Shown: piece after piece, positions 57,737 to 64,000 of the stretch
Position numbering within the stretch: the stretch's first letter is position 1
How the letters are laid out: each line of letters starts with the position of its first letter
Origin: the human T2T-CHM13v2.0 reference genome, Homo sapiens
Direction: 5' to 3' (one strand)
Length of the DNA: 64,000 nucleotides
NCBI RefSeq assembly: GCF_009914755.1
Contig: NC_060936.1
Translations under genes and position numbers: made by a program
Notes under the pieces: generated by a model
Told to the model about the DNA's origin: nothing
Database searches by the model: none
The model's input: the letters and a program-made list of their open reading frames with translations, nothing else

Positions 57737-60700
57737 TGGACTGTAAAATTTTCAAGAGCATTAAGGACTTTTCACTTCTCTTTGCTTCCCCAATTCCAGG
57801 CCTGTATTAGGCTCTAAAAATGTGTGTTGAATGAATTGATCCATTTCTTTATTATGCAATAAAAGGTCATGATAATCTCATGGGCAGTTGAAGTGAATAC
57901 AGGCTTTTGGCCACATAGCAACAAATCTCCTCAGACTGATGCTTTTAAGCCAGATTTTGTTTGTTTGTTCTTCCTTTCCCATTGTATTATCAGATGGTTA
58001 AATCTCACTGCTTCCCTGGGACCTGGCTACAAAACTGCTTCTCCTGAATTGTTACATACAAGCTGGTGTCAATTGGGAAACAAACTAATTGAATATATTA
58101 AAATCAAAGGCAAAATATAAGTATGATGGACTTTGATGGATTGTCAGACAATCTCTTTTATGGGTATCATGCGTGACCTTTGGCACAGAGACCACAAAAT
58201 CAGTTTTGTCTGTTAGTAGGCATTCTTCCAGGTACTTGGAAATCAGTTAGCAGAGTTTTCTAAGTAATCTTTGAATAAATGAGGCTTAATTTTATGTCCA
58301 TAAGGTCAACCATTTTGAAAGGTAAATTTTAATAGGAGGCAGCTTAAAAGTGAGAGGACTGATTTACTCCTTTACCTTTCACTTTATGTAATTATTTGCA
58401 AATGAAGGCTTTCAATGAACTTAACAGTAAGTCTTGAAAATGAAAAAGTGAGCTCAAAATATTTCCTCCAAACTCAAAAAAAAGGAATTCATTTTTGTTT
58501 TAGTCATTTCATTTATTAGATCTCCCTAGTGGAGAGATAGAACCATAAATGTGTGTTTTAGATGGAGTTTCAAGTCCCTAACAGACCACTAAAAATGCAG
58601 AAGTTAATGAAACTGATCTCAGTGGGAAAATCTATACATTTTGAGTTGTTCAAGTTCTATACTTCACTACAATGTGAATGCCTTGAGATTAAGGACTATG
58701 TGTAAATTGTTCACCTTATTATCCCCACTACCTAGTCCATATAGGCACTCATTACATCTTTGAATGAAAGAATGATGGAGGACCTGATATGCAACACTGT
58801 GACTCAGTATGAGTCTTTGGCTAAAATATGTCACAACAAAAAAGAATCGGTAGAGAATAAAGAATCAATATGAGAGATGATAGAGAAGATGCAGAGACAA
58901 ACTGGGAGAGACATTTTCCCATTCCTAGTTAAATGTCTAATCTTCCCCTAGTGAGGGGATTTGATAGTTCTTGACATTCACAGTTATTGTATGTACTATG
59001 CATGTATGTTTAAGCTAAAGTAAAATATTCCACAATATTGCTTTAGTCTTTTTAAAATTTACATAAAGTCTTGAGAGACTAAGTACACTTGTTTTTAGTC
59101 ACTAGTATCTGAACCTGAGTGAATCAAATAACACTTTTCTTAGGATTCTGTTGGCCAGAATATAAAGACAGAGGAAGAACTCTTCTTATAATAATTTGTA
59201 AAAAGGGCCTGTGTATGGGTATTATTTTGAGCAGGCTGATCCCTCCAAGCTTAATTAGGATAATATAAGCAGAACACAGGTTTATGCCAGTAGACCCAAT
59301 ACTGTAGTTTTAATAAAATAATTGAATAATTTTATTTAAGCATTCTGAGAATTTGGGAGTGGAGTGAAGAATTATAGCTAAAGTAGGTTTAGAGCAAACA
59401 TACTATAGGTCAAAGTCTATTAAAGTCAAAGTCAAAATCGAAGTCAAATGAGCTATCAAAAATCCACTAGCCTGAAAAACAAGAGAGCTCTGAAACTAAC
59501 TAATTTTTGCTGAAGACTCATTTAATCTCAGGAAAGTTCAGTTTTCTTGCTGTATAATGATAGTTGAACTACCTAATACCAAATTTCCTTTCTAATTCTC
59601 ATATTCTAAAAATCTAAGCCTGATTTTTTTTTGTCATTGTTGAGTTTTACTGGTATTCTACCCAGTAAGTTCATGATATATTTTTTTATAATTTTCTTGT
59701 ATTCTATGCTTAGGAAAAATGATTGATTACAGATTGGGAGCCAGTGACCATATATTGTTGAGCATAAAATATTGAGCAGATCTGTCTGTCAATAGTAAAG
59801 ATTCTGGGGGAAAAAGCCTCTGAAATAAGCCTCATGAACAAGAGAAGCAAAAAAAAAATTAAAATATTGAGTGTCTTTCTTCTCAAATGCATGGAGTATG
59901 AAAGAAGAGTATTAATATACTGTAAAACTGGTTTAAATATTTCATATGCTTTTCAAGATACACTAAAAGCAATAGATCCCTTTAGAAGAATGAAGACTGT
60001 ATCACGGAAACATTAATTCCCAGGAGGCCTAGATTCTAAGTTACGAAATTATTCTTTAGCCTCTCACTCTCCTAAACTGATTTCAACACTCTGCATGACC
60101 ATTTAATCAAAAACCTTGGAATACAATTTTAAAAGCCTCTAAAGATGCTTTGTGGAATGCATTGGGAAAGGAAATGTTTACTCTGGGAATATTTCCTTGG
60201 GAAATTGTTACTACTTGGGAACACATCAACTTTTGAATTCCTAATGTTTTTGTTAGCATACATACCATCTCCTGGAAAGCTGAAAGAAGAAGATATATTC
60301 TTAATGAGGTTTTAAGAGAGAAGGTCATCGTATAACAAGAGTCTTCCTTTTATTTTGCCACAATTCTTTGGAATGGTTGGGGTTCCAATCTGTTGGTAGG
60401 ACCTCTTTAAAAATGTCAACCTTCCTGTTCACAAATTTTTACCAATTGCCATGTGTTCCATATTTTTTGTTTGAACACATCACCCAACACAGAACTTTCA
60501 TCTAAAAATATAGTGTAAAGTCACTCTTAAGATGTCAAAGCAAGTTACATGGAACTACAACCCTCCCTTACTGGCAGAGTGCACATGGTCCTTCAGTAAA
60601 CTGATCTGCCTTTTAAAATGATTTTTCCTAAACCTCCTGCTTTAATTATTTCTTGTCCTTCCCTCAGGGGCCATTGCTAGCGAAAGACCATAGCAACCTT

Positions 60701-63641
60701 TTAGATATTTATAAACTCTGTTTGTAGATATAATAAAACTTATGGTGCAGCCAGCTAAATAAAGACACAACCAGCTGCTATGTCTTCTACCCTCTGCATT
60801 TGAATGAGACATTAGTCTATAGAGATTATGAAAAGAACATGAAAAAATTTGATATGCTAACAGCCAAAGTAAATCTCAATTATATCAATGGTGTAACATC
60901 TTTGATTCAAGAGATAGTGTAAAGTCATTTCTTATACCAAAATGAAATATCTTCTGTTATGAGCACTAACATATTTTGAAGAACACTGGTCTTGAAGCAT
61001 GCTCCATAAAAAAGATGAATTTTGGAAATGCTATATACTAAACACTTTTCTTGTAGTGTCATAATGCATATTAGTATATTAAAAACTCCGAGAAGTTCTG
61101 TCCCAATGAGATCCATTTAATTTTGTTGAAACCTTTACAATAACTTCTCATATGTTTTTTCATTATAATACCTATTATTATCCCAAGGAGCTATTTCTCC
61201 AGGATTCGTGTCCCAGGAAATGCTGTCTTTCTCTTTGTGGAAATGAAACATAAGTGGCCACAGTTTTCTTTATACGGCCAAAATACTATTAAACTGGCAC
61301 AAAATAATAACACATTGCTGTCATTCTTTTCATGGTTTCATTTGTTTCTTTCTCTTAAGGAAAAAAGTGACTGATAACACAGATTTCATTCTAAGTTCTT
61401 CCTTTCACCCACCAGTCCCCTGACTAGAGATTACTAGTGCTTACTGTGTAGTCATAGAACTTTGGAGCCACTGTGTCTTTCCATGTGTGTCTGCAAATCC
61501 TTACCAGGCGTGACTTTAAAGGGTGTCAGATTAACGGTGTGTTTCATTACCAATAACAATAGTAACAGCAACAATATAAGAAATAATAATACAACTTTAA
61601 AATCAACTGTCTTTTAGGGGAAAAGGAGGATATGTGAAAAAGTATCCATATATAGTATTTTTTCCTTTCTCTGGGAACAATAAAGACAAAACAGAATGTG
61701 AACATAATTTCTGAAAGAAGTAACTAGAATAATAAAGTTTGCCTGTTGGGAAAGGTCTAGTCACCACTCAGGTTGTAGTGTTGCTACAAGTACATTTAAA
61801 AAGATTTCTCATTTTCTTCACCTCTAATTATTTCCAATACCTGTTGTGTTCTTATGATTGTTGAGGGTGTGGGTGAGCTGTGAAGACTTGTAGGAAGTTG
61901 GTTAGTTGGAATAATACAGTTGGCTTCGTGGCAAGCTGAAGGTGAAAGGCAGAGAGTTTCATTACTAACATTTTGAAAGCACTTCAAAATATGTTCCTTT
62001 TGCAGCTTTTGACATCCAGAAGCCAAATGTCCTCTTGAATTACCACTTATCAATATGAGCATTCTGATCTGTGAATAAAAGCACAGGACAGTAATTATTT
62101 CAAAATGAGACTTAAGACATTAAAGTCTAGGGCTCTTTTAGAAGGTAAAATGTTGTGTTTGAGAATACAGACTTTAAAAGTCCTACTTTTTTGTTAGAAC
62201 CTCCATTAAAAAATGATACTTCAATCCTGTGTTTTTGTAGCCTGATTTTGGAATTAAGCCCTATGGGATAAAGGCACAAAACAAGGTGAATTGTAAAAAA
62301 AATCTTACTTCCAGATATATGTCCATGGGCCTATATTAACTTAAAATACTTACGAATACATGCATTTTCTATGTGGATTATTTCTACATTCAATGATACC
62401 AAAAGTTTATATGTTCAGCATTTATAAACCAAATGCCTTTCTTCAAACCAATTTAATAGAATTAGAGTATCAGAGATGTGTGTTTTCTGAGTTGATTGTG
62501 AATTTGGCTTAGATAGTCTTGGTAGAAAGTTGCCACCCTCCAATCTTTTTTCCACCTAGCTGAAAACAAGCCAGAACACACCATTTCCCTGGCTACAAAC
62601 CATCAGACTCCCCCCATTTCAGTTACAAGGAAGATTATATAGTGATGGGCCAATAGCTCAAATCTCATCTCTGACATTTGGCAGCTGTGTGACCCTTATG
62701 TTCTCATCTGAGTACTTGGCGTAATAATACTCCCCCCACAGCATTATTGTAAGTATTGGGAATATAAAGACCAATAAGATTTGATTCATGTTCTTGATAT
62801 ATTGTCAAGTCTGACATATTTCATGAAGACTTTTTGATCTTCCTAACCAGACTGTGAACCGAATAAAGCATGGCCCAAGACTTATTCATATTCATACAAC
62901 TGGCACCATACATGCCATATGGAAGCATTAATAAATGTGGCTTGAATTGTGTTAAATTACAGCAGAGATAGATTGTCATTTATTTTTCTTTAATATGGCT
63001 CTGTGCATGGTGTAGGCATCCATATGAAAACAGGCGAAGATGGTTCTGTGGTCTGGCTGGGCCCTGTAAAGTGTGTTTAAATCCAGGTTGTTTTTGGTAT
63101 TGCTCTGATGCAGATGACCACTGGCTGAACCCCTCTTTCAGTCATACTGTTCTCTAAAGAGGACAGAATATCCTTACTTGGCATAAAGTACAGTGATATC
63201 ACAGTCTTAAACTTCTGTTCTCATCCTTTCCAAATTGTATCTAGCTCTCTATGACCTAAATCAATACTCATCATAAACTCCAAAATACAACACAAACTTC
63301 CTCTCCCACACCCCTCTACCAGGCTTCTTCTAGAATGTACCCTCTGCTCAATTTAAGTTGATGATAACTAAACCCTATTATTTGCTTTAAATAGGAAAGA
63401 GATAGTATTGAAACAGTCCTTTTTAATTCTGAGTATAAATGTTTCATCAAAACCAAGCAACCTCTACAGCAGTTCATTTTCACACACTCTGAGAATCCAG
63501 TAGAATGAGTAAAGAGATAAATGAATGTTGAACTACACTTTAAAGAAAGGATTAAATCAACCTTTCCAACCCAGTCATCAAGAGGAAAACCATTAATGAT
63601 TTCAGTTTTGAAATATAAACGCAATGCAACATGGGCCCCTA

Positions 63642-63849
63642 ATTATTAGTTTGTTAGAGTTGCTATAACAAAGTATCACAAACTGAATGGCTTGGACGAC
63701 AGAAATTTATTTGCTCATGGATATGGAGACCAGAAGCCTATGATCATAGTATCTACAGGTAGCTTCCTTCTGAGGGCTGTGAGGGGAAGTTTTTTCATGT
63801 CTCTCCCCTAGCTCCTGGTGTTTTTCTGGAATTCTATTACATTCCTTGG
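63642..63849 (-). mobile_element. MLT1 (B/C-like) LTR, interrupted by THE1
   Basis: TGCTATAACAAAGTATCACAAACTGAATGGCTT…CAGAAATTTATTTGCTCA…TTCCTTCTGAGGGCTGTGAGG. Confidence 0.8.
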
Positions 63850-64000
63850 TGATATGGTTTGGCTGTGTCCCCACCCAAATCTCATCTTGAATTCCCACGT
63901 GTTGTGGGACAGTGACCCGGTGGGAGGTAACTGAGTCATGGGAGCAGGTCTTTCCTGTGCTGTTAATGTGATAATGAACAAGTCTCATGAGATCTGATGG
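63850..64000 (+). mobile_element. THE1A-like LTR (runs off the window)
   Basis: TGATATGGTTTGGCTGTGTCCCCACCCAAATCTCATCTTGAATTCCCACGTGTTGTGGG. Confidence 0.9.

Overview
AT-rich primate (human or great-ape-like) nuclear DNA with no recognisable protein-coding exon, structural RNA gene or CpG island; it is probably intergenic or deep intronic, and I cannot name the locus. Roughly half of it is interspersed repeat: a long L1PA16-like element carrying nested insertions, older L1M, L2, MIR and CR1 relics, Alus, MaLR/ERV LTRs (THE1, MLT1, MER21, MER34, MER76-like), a MADE1 and several microsatellites. Essentially all ORFs in the track come from repeats, microsatellites or chance. The notable content is structural. 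(1) An L1PA5-like insertion combines a twin-priming inversion with a ~1 kb 3' transduction. (2) A second twin-primed L1 has an inversion point within ~10 nt of the first on the L1 sequence. (3) Four separate inverted, locally templated copies (10, 43, 52 and ~300 bp) all involve LTR sequence. A few transcription-factor motif clusters are candidate enhancers. I see no evidence of a new gene-encoded system. Repeat subfamily names come from recalled consensus sequences and need RepeatMasker/Dfam confirmation; boundaries of the old repeats are approximate.
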